Below, in pieces: positions 55,572 to 64,000 of a stretch of 64,000 nt of DNA. Positions within the stretch are counted from its first letter, which is position 1; each line of letters opens with the position of its first letter. The notes below the pieces were generated by a model. It made no database searches. It saw only the letters and a program-made list of their open reading frames with translations, and had not been told where the DNA came from. The stretch lies in the sequence record LC727698.1; one strand, 5' to 3'. Position numbers and translations under genes: made by a program.

Positions 55572-56594
55572 GTGATTAGCGAACTTTTAAAACAAGAAAT
55601 AACTTCTAGACTTCCGTATTTAAAGCCAGGAAACAAAGGATGGTTAGTTTGTAATTGTCCTTTGTGTGTCGCTATGGGTACAACTGCTGATAAGCGAAAA
55701 CGGTTCGGTGTTATGTTTGAATCGGATGGAACAATAGGGGTCCATTGCTTTAACTGTACATTTGTAACAAAATGGACTCCGGGGGCTCTGATAGGAGAGA
55801 AAATAGAGTTCCTTCTACGACATATAGGTACATCCGATGATGATATTCGTAAACTTAAATTCCAGGCATTTAGAGAGAAAGAAGCAGGAGACATATTTAA
55901 AACTCCCGAACTAGAATTAAGTATTAAAACTAATTGGACTACTACTAGTCTTCCTAAAAATTCTAAACCTATATTAGAATGGTTAGAAATATCTCCTAAT
56001 GATCCCAATCTTCTTAAATGTGCAATGTATGCCTTATCTAGAGGATTTCCGGATATGTCTAATATATACTGGTCACCCTCTCAGAAATTTTTATGGAATA
56101 AACGAATAATACTTCCGTTCACATATAATGGAAAAGTTGTAGGATATTGCGGAAGATATTTTGAAGAACAACCAAATGAATTAGAAATAAGAAGATATGA
56201 AAATAGATTCCCCGAACATTTTGTGTATGGGTTAGATTCCCAAAGATCCTACAATAGAAAATATGTTATACTAACGGAAGGAGTAATAGATGCTATAATG
56301 GTAGATGGAGTATCTACCATGGGTTCTGTAAGTAAACATCAAGCAAATATAATAAACTCGCTAGGCAAAGAAATAATAGTATTGCCTGATTTTGATAGTA
56401 ACGGCAGTCATTTAGTAGATTCTGCTTTAGAATATAACTGGTATGTATCATTTCCTAATTGGGATAATAATATAAAAGATGCCAGCGAAGCATCCCAAAA
56501 ATATGGAAGATTACTTACAGTTCAGAGTATTATATACGGTATAGAACGGAATTCTACTGCCATACGAATTAAAAGAAAAATAAAAGGAATATAG
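55572..56594 (+). CDS. DNA primase (DnaG / gp61-like)
   Basis: Zn finger CNCPLC...HCFNC, GYCGR, TOPRIM ILTEGVIDA and LPDFD, KDASE. Confidence 0.9.
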   Translation: MISELLKQEITSRLPYLKPGNKGWLVCNCPLCVAMGTTADKRKRFGVMFESDGTIGVHCFNCTFVTKWTPGALIGEKIEFLLRHIGTSDDDIRKLKFQAFREKEAGDIFKTPELELSIKTNWTTTSLPKNSKPILEWLEISPNDPNLLKCAMYALSRGFPDMSNIYWSPSQKFLWNKRIILPFTYNGKVVGYCGRYFEEQPNELEIRRYENRFPEHFVYGLDSQRSYNRKYVILTEGVIDAIMVDGVSTMGSVSKHQANIINSLGKEIIVLPDFDSNGSHLVDSALEYNWYVSFPNWDNNIKDASEASQKYGRLLTVQSIIYGIERNSTAIRIKRKIKGI

Positions 56595-56595
56595 T

Positions 56596-58035
56596 GTGAA
56601 ACAAAACAAAGACGTAGTAAAGGATTATAATACTGGCGTAGAAGATTTGTTTATAAAATTTTTCTTAACTGACCCAGAATTGTTTATTAGATGCCGATCT
56701 ATAATACAACGAGACCACTATTCGGATAAGATTAACCAAAAAGTTATAGATTTTTTAAATGAACATGCAGATAAACATAGTACTCTTCCTACTGTAGAAC
56801 AAGTATCTGCCATAACAGGAAAATCATTTGAGTTATTAGATAACATACATGATAGCCATAAAAATTGGTTTTTAGAAGAATACGAAACATTTGCTAGGCA
56901 TAAACAACTAGAGAATGTAATATTAGAGTCTCCTGATTTATTAGTTACCGGTCGGTACGGAGAAGTTGAACAAAAAGTTAAGAATGCAGTTTCTATTGCA
57001 TTAGTTAAAGATTTAGGTACTGATTATTTTGGAGATCCACTGTCCAGACTTAATGCCATTAAAGACAGAAAATCGTTAGTGTCGACTGGCATGAAAGATT
57101 TAGATGCAAAACTGTACGGTGGTTTTGAGCGAGGAGCCCTAAATATTTTTGCAGGACAATCGGGCGCCGGCAAATCTATATTCCTACAAAATATAGGGTT
57201 AAATTGGGCTATAGCAGGACTTAACGTAGTTTACCTTAGCTTAGAATTAAGCGAAAACTTATGTTCTATGCGCATAGATTCTATGAACACAGGCATTGAT
57301 ACAAAAGAAGTTTTACGCAGGGTAGATGACGTAGCTATAAAAGTTATTGAATCTAAAAAGAAAACTAAGGGCTCCCTTCGAATTAAGCAATTACCCAATG
57401 GTTGTACAGCCAACGATATACGTTCTTATATAAAAGAATACGAAATTCAAACAGGATTAAAAGTAGATGCAATAATGTTAGACTATTTGGATTTGTGTAT
57501 GCCTATAAGTAAAAAGGTAAGTCCATCAGATCTGTTTGTTAAAGACAAATACGTTTCTGAAGAATTAAGGAACTTAGCAGTTGAGCTTCAAATTCTATTA
57601 GTCACTGCATCGCAGTTAAACAGAAATTCACACGAATCTGTAGATTTTGGACATGAACACATTTCTGGGGGTATTTCTAAGATTAATACTGCCGATAATG
57701 TAATAGCTATTTTTACAACGCAAGCTATGAGAGAAAATGGAAGATATCAAATTCAATTTCTTAAAACACGTTCGTCGTCGGGCGTCGGGCAGAAAGTAGA
57801 TCTTGCGTTTGATCAAAGAACACTAAGATTATCTGATTTAGATCCAGAACAAGCTAGCGCATTATCCGAGAATACAAGGAGTGTTATTGATAAACTCCGC
57901 GCAGATAGGTCATTAGACACACCTAATAATAAAGATACTCATGTACAAAAGACACCTGTTATTGAACAAAAACCGGCAGAATCTATGGTAGAAAAAAGTG
58001 CCCGGCTTCGTAATCTACTTAGCGGCAACAGATAA
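56596..58035 (+). CDS. Replicative helicase (gp41 / DnaB-like)
   Basis: Walker A AGQSGAGKS, YLSLEL, MLDYLDL, TASQLNR, LKTRSS. Confidence 0.92.
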   Translation: MKQNKDVVKDYNTGVEDLFIKFFLTDPELFIRCRSIIQRDHYSDKINQKVIDFLNEHADKHSTLPTVEQVSAITGKSFELLDNIHDSHKNWFLEEYETFARHKQLENVILESPDLLVTGRYGEVEQKVKNAVSIALVKDLGTDYFGDPLSRLNAIKDRKSLVSTGMKDLDAKLYGGFERGALNIFAGQSGAGKSIFLQNIGLNWAIAGLNVVYLSLELSENLCSMRIDSMNTGIDTKEVLRRVDDVAIKVIESKKKTKGSLRIKQLPNGCTANDIRSYIKEYEIQTGLKVDAIMLDYLDLCMPISKKVSPSDLFVKDKYVSEELRNLAVELQILLVTASQLNRNSHESVDFGHEHISGGISKINTADNVIAIFTTQAMRENGRYQIQFLKTRSSSGVGQKVDLAFDQRTLRLSDLDPEQASALSENTRSVIDKLRADRSLDTPNNKDTHVQKTPVIEQKPAESMVEKSARLRNLLSGNR

Positions 58036-58075
58036 TAGTAATAGTAGATAAATATAACGAATAGGGGATACTGAT

Positions 58076-58315
58076 GTGAGTACTAGACGTAGTATTTTAG
58101 AAGAACTTAATAATTATGTTCCTTCTAAGAGCAAAGAAGAATTGATAGAATATAGAGCAGAACATATAATACAATCTGCAATTCATCTAATTGAGTATAT
58201 CGAATCTAATTACTCTGATGCAGACGCAGAGCAATTAGAAAAAAAATTACTTAGTAGTATCAAATACAAGGATGCTAAACGATTTAGTAAGTCAGTGAGA
58301 AAACTTAAGGAATAA
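58076..58315 (+). CDS. Hypothetical late protein (79 aa)
   Basis: GATAAATA at 58047-58054; SD GGGGA. Confidence 0.7.
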   Translation: MSTRRSILEELNNYVPSKSKEELIEYRAEHIIQSAIHLIEYIESNYSDADAEQLEKKLLSSIKYKDAKRFSKSVRKLKE

Positions 58316-58317
58316 TA

Positions 58318-58929
58318 ATGAAAAAAGTATTCGAAGCTAGTACATTTGACGATTTCATTGGGTTAAACAGTCCGGTAGCACAACAGAGCAGCTATATGCA
58401 TGAAGCACCGGATGTATCTGATGCAGAATCTTCTTCTAAAAAGAAGATAGCTTCTAAACAACCTAATAAAAAAGCGCCTACTAAACGTACTACTAAAGAA
58501 GTCGTTAAACAATTTGTTAAAAAAGCAAGTGAAGATAATGCAAAAGTAGGTCCAGAAAAAAAAGAAACTGATCCAGAATATGTAAAGCAGTTTCTTATAG
58601 GTTTAGGATATCCGGAAGAGCAAGTGCAAGATATAATTCAAGGTAAATTAAAAGTCCAAACAAAAATACCTGAAATTATTCCAGATACACAAAAACTAGA
58701 AACAAAACCTGAACAACCTAAACAAACACAACGACCAGCGACCACCCGCGCTCCCGAGCCAAGACCTGACATAGCAGGCGAACTTAACTCCTACACTAAA
58801 GCTAATACATTTGAATTGACTCCAGAACAACAGGAAGACATGGAGCGTATTCAAAGATTTGTAACATCAGGTGTGTTAAATAAAAGACAACTTCTTACGC
58901 TAATACGAGAATTAGAAAACGATGACTAA
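58318..58929 (+). CDS. Hypothetical low-complexity protein (203 aa)
   Basis: SD AAGGA; K/E/P/Q-rich. Confidence 0.7.
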   Translation: MKKVFEASTFDDFIGLNSPVAQQSSYMHEAPDVSDAESSSKKKIASKQPNKKAPTKRTTKEVVKQFVKKASEDNAKVGPEKKETDPEYVKQFLIGLGYPEEQVQDIIQGKLKVQTKIPEIIPDTQKLETKPEQPKQTQRPATTRAPEPRPDIAGELNSYTKANTFELTPEQQEDMERIQRFVTSGVLNKRQLLTLIRELENDD

Positions 58930-60121
58930 TAAAACTTTTAAAAGATTTTTATCTACAGAAAAATCTAAACAGGAATTAAAAGATCTAAACCGTCTCTATG
59001 AATCTGTGCGTAACGATATTTCGGAGTTTACTACAATCATAGAGGCATTTATTTCTCCGGGAGAAATAGTAAATATATTCAACATTGCTTCTAAGAAAAG
59101 AGGATCTGGTAAAGGATTTTTAGGATCCTTTACCTCTGATAACAGAAGTGCATCAAATGCTGCCAATCAAGTTAAACAGCGAATAGAGCCCGTAATAGAC
59201 CAAATATATGATCAGGCAGAACAAACTGAAATATCACATGAAGTTCAGTCAGATGATAAAGAAACTGCCGAAGAAGCTCAGCGTAAACTTAATAAACAGG
59301 CAATAAAAGATAAAGTAGATATAAAGACTGCATTATCTGGCCAAAGACGAGCAGCAGATGTTAATAAAATGGTAGATTATTTAATGAGACAGCTATCTAA
59401 TTCTGCCGCCGCTGCATTTATATCATCTACTTTATCTGCCGCCGCAGAATCTGCTAAAAAAGGAACAGTAGCAAACGAAATATTTGCGATGTTATCATTT
59501 GCATTAGATAAAGTCAATAAAGAATTAGATGATACTTCCTCTACAAATGAATCTATTATAAACGAAGGACCATTGGATTTTTTATCGAGGGCTTGGTCTA
59601 GAGTCACAGACACTATCGGCAATTCAAATGTAGGACAAAATGCATCTAATAAGCTAGATGTATTAAAGGGACAATTAGGTCTAAATGGCGGTCGCGGCGA
59701 AGTTGATGCAGATATACTAAAACGAGTATGGAAGAATAAATATCACGGTTCTACTGATAGTGCAGATATAGAGCAAATTCTCAAAGATTTTAAATTTAGT
59801 GATAGAGAAATCAAAAATATATTCAAAGAAGCAGGAATTACAAAAGAAGAAGATTATAACGAAGAATTGGTTAGGGTAGCATCTCTTATTAAGAAAGCAG
59901 GGTTGCGAGCGCCCGTACTATCATGGCTAAAAAGAAACCAATCTAGATTGTATAAACTTCTTCCTGAAAGTATCGAATCTCCTATAATGGAAAAGTCTAC
60001 TTTATCTGACAAAGATGTTTTAGATATTATTACTCAATTAACTTCTGAGACTGAACACCGAGATACCAATGAACTCGATCCAGATAATGAATCTAAACGG
60101 TTAAATAGAAAACATCGGTAA
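58922..60121 (+). CDS. Hypothetical helical protein (399 aa), possible internal head protein
   Basis: Overlap-coupled; LYES, INEG and LPES motifs. Confidence 0.65.
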   Translation: MTNKTFKRFLSTEKSKQELKDLNRLYESVRNDISEFTTIIEAFISPGEIVNIFNIASKKRGSGKGFLGSFTSDNRSASNAANQVKQRIEPVIDQIYDQAEQTEISHEVQSDDKETAEEAQRKLNKQAIKDKVDIKTALSGQRRAADVNKMVDYLMRQLSNSAAAAFISSTLSAAAESAKKGTVANEIFAMLSFALDKVNKELDDTSSTNESIINEGPLDFLSRAWSRVTDTIGNSNVGQNASNKLDVLKGQLGLNGGRGEVDADILKRVWKNKYHGSTDSADIEQILKDFKFSDREIKNIFKEAGITKEEDYNEELVRVASLIKKAGLRAPVLSWLKRNQSRLYKLLPESIESPIMEKSTLSDKDVLDIITQLTSETEHRDTNELDPDNESKRLNRKHR

Positions 60122-60134
60122 TATTATTTTCTAT

Positions 60135-60181
60135 AAAAATCCCGTTACTGCTTGACGCAATAACGGGATTTTTGCTATTAT
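60135..60181 (+). promoter_or_regulatory. 13-bp inverted repeat (terminator-like) overlapping a sigma70 promoter
   Basis: AAAAATCCCGTTA/TAACGGGATTTTT; TTGACG in the loop; TGc-TATTAT 18 nt downstream. Confidence 0.6.
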
Positions 60182-60205
60182 AACTTCGAATAATAAGGTA
60201 ATAGT

Positions 60206-61546
60206 ATGAATATTGCAGAAATACAAAAACACAAAGGAATTAAACATTTAGATAACTTAACACTCACAGAATTAGTATCATTTGTTAATTCCATGCATGA
60301 AGCTACTATAACAGAAAAAATAGACGGTTACTATTTATGTATGGGGTTAGATAATATAGGTCTATTTACATCCAGGGAAGGTAAGGGTGGAACTAGAATT
60401 TATAATATTTCTGCATTAGAAAAGACATTTAAGAATGTATACCATATAATAGCCCACACCCTGTTAGAACAAAATAAAGACATTTTAATTAAAAGTGGAT
60501 TATCAGTTGGAGATATATATGAAATTGAAGTATTATACGGGAAGATACCCAACGTAATTGAATATGACGGCATTAATCGAATTGTGTTTTTAAGAAATTT
60601 AAACGGCAATTCGTTTGATTGTGTATCTACAGCAATGAATAACATAAGAGATTGTGTTGAGTTGTCTATACCTGTGGTAAATGACAATGGTGTAGGTTTT
60701 ACTGAAGAGACGAGTATAACAGAATGGGAATTTTCTAAATTAGAAAGTATAAAACTATCTAATGTTAATCTTCAATTAGATACAATTTTAAAAGATATAG
60801 TAGACTTTGCTAGTTCTCCTTCTAAAATAGAAGGGATGACTAATTTAAAATCAATTGAACTTAAAGTGACTAGTAGGTTAAATAGCGAGAAAGTTACTGA
60901 AGATAGCAAACAACTCATTAAAGATAATAGAGAGTATATTTTCAACAAAACAAAAGAGTTTTCTTCTAAGTTAAAAGAACGTATATTAAATGATATATCT
61001 TTAAAATCTAATTTCGGTGCTACCTTTGTAGAAGGATATGTAATACGTACACCTAGTATGCAAGTAAAAATTGTAGATAAGACTTTATTTACTGAAGTAA
61101 ATGAATTTTATCATATGTACAGTAATGCACTTTGTAGATTGGCAACGAATGATATTATCTCCGGACAAACTTCTCTATTTAGTGAAACTTTTATAAAAGT
61201 AGGCCAGGTCCTCGGCAATAAAAATCTAGGCACAGTTAGACGCAAACAAGTAAACGTTGATGACAGAATTCTAAATAATAAAGATAAAAATGTAATATTA
61301 GGAATACTATCTGAATCTATAAACGAGTTAGACACTTTTACTAAATCTTATTTAAACAGATATAAAGATATGGAAAAAGTAGTATATAAATCGTATATGA
61401 AATATACATTTAGATATAACGATTCTGTTCATACAAAAACATTAGAAGCAATTTCTAATCTTAGGAATAGATTGTATAATGCGAAAGAAATAGTTAGTAA
61501 TTCTAGTTCTGTAAAAGAATTATTTAATAAGTTGGCGTCTATATAG
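60206..61546 (+). CDS. ATP-dependent ligase-fold (RNA ligase-like) nucleotidyltransferase
   Basis: Motif I TEKIDG, then YEIEVLYG, EGYVIR and QVKIVDK in the order of the covalent NTase motifs. Confidence 0.55.
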   Translation: MNIAEIQKHKGIKHLDNLTLTELVSFVNSMHEATITEKIDGYYLCMGLDNIGLFTSREGKGGTRIYNISALEKTFKNVYHIIAHTLLEQNKDILIKSGLSVGDIYEIEVLYGKIPNVIEYDGINRIVFLRNLNGNSFDCVSTAMNNIRDCVELSIPVVNDNGVGFTEETSITEWEFSKLESIKLSNVNLQLDTILKDIVDFASSPSKIEGMTNLKSIELKVTSRLNSEKVTEDSKQLIKDNREYIFNKTKEFSSKLKERILNDISLKSNFGATFVEGYVIRTPSMQVKIVDKTLFTEVNEFYHMYSNALCRLATNDIISGQTSLFSETFIKVGQVLGNKNLGTVRRKQVNVDDRILNNKDKNVILGILSESINELDTFTKSYLNRYKDMEKVVYKSYMKYTFRYNDSVHTKTLEAISNLRNRLYNAKEIVSNSSSVKELFNKLASI

Positions 61547-62566
61547 ATGGCACATTTAAGTAAAACTCAACTATTAAAAAGAAATAATTGGGATATATTT
61601 CTTAATAAAATAGAAAATAGAGAGTATTTTACACTAGTAAATGGTAGTAAAATAAAATTAGGATATAAGTCTACTGTAGCTAATTCTAAATTTGTTAAAT
61701 TTTTACGTTCTTCGGGTTTAGAGAAGTCGCTAGAATCGTTAAAAAATGGGAATAAAATTGTATTCCCGTCCGGTAGTGATACTGTAGCCCTTTCTGAAAT
61801 ATTAAAATCTAGTGAATTTGGCGGAAAACCTGGAAGTAAACAGTTATTAGAAAGGCAAGAGCATTCCTTTGTATCTATAATAAATAATGAAACAAGTAGT
61901 TGCCCTGTCACTATTAATGCTAATTTAAAAATAGAAAATGTTACAAATGCATATAAATATAGTGGGAGAAACAGTTTAGGAAAAGAACCGTACACTGATG
62001 TTGTTCTTAATACAGTTAACGGAGCGTGCTACAATATAAGTATGAAAGGTGTTACGTCACCGTCTATAGCAGGTGGTGGCCTAGCAGGCATAAACGTAAT
62101 AGCACCCGGATTTATGAACGAACCGTTGCAATGTGCTATAGAATACTTTAAAAACAAAGGATATAAACAGGGTCACGAATTTTCTAAAAATGACCCAGCG
62201 GATGTATTTTATAAAATTCCAGTTTCTGTTGCTACTAAGATAGTAAAAGGTACAAAAGAAATGGGAGGACCCATAGATTATCTATACATAGGTCCCATGG
62301 ATGTAAAATATTCTGTTACAGATAATGTAATTACATTTAATGGTAAATTTTTAACTGTTTCTGATTTAATAAATTCGGAAGAATTATATATTAGGATTAG
62401 GCGACGGTCAAATGACCAGACACTAACATATATTGATGTAGATACATTTGGATATCCTAGCTTATTTACTAGTCAATCCGAGCCTAACAGACGGATAGAA
62501 GTTTATAAGAAATCCCAAATGCCAAGGAACGCAACAATAATTAATAAGGGTTTACAATGCGATTAG
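61547..62566 (+). CDS. PD-(D/E)xK-like nuclease
   Basis: LERQE...EPYTDVVL...YNISMKG restriction-fold pattern. Confidence 0.5.
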   Translation: MAHLSKTQLLKRNNWDIFLNKIENREYFTLVNGSKIKLGYKSTVANSKFVKFLRSSGLEKSLESLKNGNKIVFPSGSDTVALSEILKSSEFGGKPGSKQLLERQEHSFVSIINNETSSCPVTINANLKIENVTNAYKYSGRNSLGKEPYTDVVLNTVNGACYNISMKGVTSPSIAGGGLAGINVIAPGFMNEPLQCAIEYFKNKGYKQGHEFSKNDPADVFYKIPVSVATKIVKGTKEMGGPIDYLYIGPMDVKYSVTDNVITFNGKFLTVSDLINSEELYIRIRRRSNDQTLTYIDVDTFGYPSLFTSQSEPNRRIEVYKKSQMPRNATIINKGLQCD

Positions 62567-62802
62567 ATGAAATACAAAGTAAAACTCCTGTATCCGATAT
62601 TACTAAGGATATAGCTTTCGATAAGAGTTTATATCAAAAGGTCATTAAAATAATTAATAAGAGAATTAAATTAGGCGACCTCGGCGCAGGCGCAGCGAAG
62701 CGATCTGTAATAAAACGTTGGAAAACAGGCGATCGCATTGCGCAAGGTTATAATGCAGATTTGAGCAAAATAAATCTATCAATATCGGACGTATTAAAAT
62801 AA
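62557..62802 (+). CDS. Hypothetical protein (81 aa)
   Basis: Overlap-coupled ORF. Confidence 0.6.
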   Translation: MRLDEIQSKTPVSDITKDIAFDKSLYQKVIKIINKRIKLGDLGAGAAKRSVIKRWKTGDRIAQGYNADLSKINLSISDVLK

Positions 62803-63515
62803 TGAGCGGAAATGCATTTGGTCAATTAGAACCAGTGAGCTTATCGGTATTACCAGATATAGTGTTGTCGTTAGAAAGTATTCTTAGTTTATCTTTATCG
62901 AATAACTATTTAGGATCTACTGGAAAATTTCCAGTAACAGGTGATATAGATTTAGCAATAGATAAAGATTATATAACGTTATCTGATTTTAAATCTTTAT
63001 TATTATCTTCGTTTGGTCAAGAAAATGTAATCCAACATGGCGGACAGCCATCTTTCTCTGTTAAATATCAGCACACCGATACTAAATATTATCAGGTAGA
63101 TTTTATGCACGGGGAAGTTAATTGGCTAAAATTATATTATTTTAGAGATGAAAACTCAGCATACAAAGGATCTCATAGAAATTTAGCAATTTCTGGAATT
63201 TTCCAAACACAATTCTTGGATCCCACTACTGAATATGTTTCTAGATATATATGGTCGCCTGTTAGGGGTATGGTACGAATAAATCGATATTACGATACAT
63301 CTATACCTGACGTTACTATATCGCAAACTACTCATCCTACTTTAATAAAATATGTACTAGGGGCTAATATAAATTCTTTAGAGGATTTATATAATTTTAT
63401 TCCGTATTATGAAGGAGATCCAGAAGCGACGTATTCTGCTATAGCAAATAATTTTAAAAATGCTAATATAGTGGACGGTTTTGTATTTCCTACAGAAATA
63501 CAAAAATATATTTAG
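62802..63515 (+). CDS. Pol-beta superfamily nucleotidyltransferase
   Basis: YLGSTGKFPVTGDIDLAI (hGS...DhD) and YQVDFM (third Asp). Confidence 0.7.
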   Translation: MSGNAFGQLEPVSLSVLPDIVLSLESILSLSLSNNYLGSTGKFPVTGDIDLAIDKDYITLSDFKSLLLSSFGQENVIQHGGQPSFSVKYQHTDTKYYQVDFMHGEVNWLKLYYFRDENSAYKGSHRNLAISGIFQTQFLDPTTEYVSRYIWSPVRGMVRINRYYDTSIPDVTISQTTHPTLIKYVLGANINSLEDLYNFIPYYEGDPEATYSAIANNFKNANIVDGFVFPTEIQKYI

Positions 63516-63522
63516 GATTTTT

Positions 63523-63954
63523 ATGTCTAGTTATCAATCACGTTTTGACAAAATTATGTCGTCTATAGACAATACAACTAATATAAAAGTAGACTGGGAT
63601 GACATAAAAAACAATGGAACTCAAGCAGAATTTCATAGAAAGCACAAAGGTGAAGTTATATTTGGGTACAACTTTGGCGGAAAATTTTACTATAAACACG
63701 GCAATGTAATTAAGTCACTTCCGTATCCCGGTCTAGAAGAGAGTGTATCTTTGCAAGAAAGTAGACCTACTAGATTAATAGACCTTATTTCTAGTATAGG
63801 AAAGTGTGATTTTATAAAAGATATAGTTTCTATAAAATCTACAGCCAACGGCATAGTTGCGTTAGTTAGTACAACGGATGGAAATGCATATGAAATAACT
63901 CTTATTCCGGCAGAATACTCTACAAAATTTCCGGAAAAAACTAATAAACAATAG
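63523..63954 (+). CDS. Hypothetical protein (143 aa)
   Basis: SD AGGA before ATG 63523. Confidence 0.65.
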   Translation: MSSYQSRFDKIMSSIDNTTNIKVDWDDIKNNGTQAEFHRKHKGEVIFGYNFGGKFYYKHGNVIKSLPYPGLEESVSLQESRPTRLIDLISSIGKCDFIKDIVSIKSTANGIVALVSTTDGNAYEITLIPAEYSTKFPEKTNKQ

Positions 63955-64000
63955 AAAAAGATAAATAACTATAGCTACAAAGGAAACTTTGTATAAATTA

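Noticed and set aside
636-61995. Numerous 60-190-aa ORFs antisense to or nested in long genes (e.g. 1671-2102, 4087-4473, 26240-26803, 28811-29212, 55559-56008, 61567-61995)
   Set aside because: Shadow frames of well-supported genes, without SD or recognisable motifs.
1-64000. Stop-codon reassignment
   Set aside because: Standard-code ORFs tile the window densely, and conserved genes end at TAA, TAG and TGA in sensible places.

Overview
This 64-kb AT-rich window comes from a large T4-superfamily-like (probably jumbo) myophage of a Gram-negative host, read in the standard genetic code. From left to right it holds: (1-12.5 kb) tail-fibre and neck/tail-completion genes; (12.6-14.8 kb) a candidate ~265-nt structured ncRNA and a convergently arranged lysis cassette (two-component spanin versus SAR endolysin plus holin); (14.9-26.7 kb) sigma70-driven accessory genes (YqeY, KTSC, DHFR, glutaredoxin, DEDD nuclease, rIIA/rIIB, oligopeptidase A, a small pseudoknotted RNA, and an ArfA-like basic peptide whose ORF is cut by an intrinsic terminator before its stop codon); (26.8-43.1 kb) head/tail morphogenesis (gp13, dNMP kinase, sheath, a homing endonuclease, tube, gp4, terminase); (43.3-58 kb) replication/recombination (gp32 with a leader pseudoknot, UvsX fractured by an atypically split intein with a free-standing Vsr-like endonuclease between the halves, UvsY, UvsW, a 200-aa mini-DnaE, primase, helicase); and (58-64 kb) putative virion proteins plus a ligase-fold/nuclease/Pol-beta nucleotidyltransferase cluster. 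The strongest leads are the non-stop ArfA-like gene, the split-intein UvsX locus and the two unassigned structured RNAs. All family calls come from motif recognition by eye; no database searches or folding programs were run.
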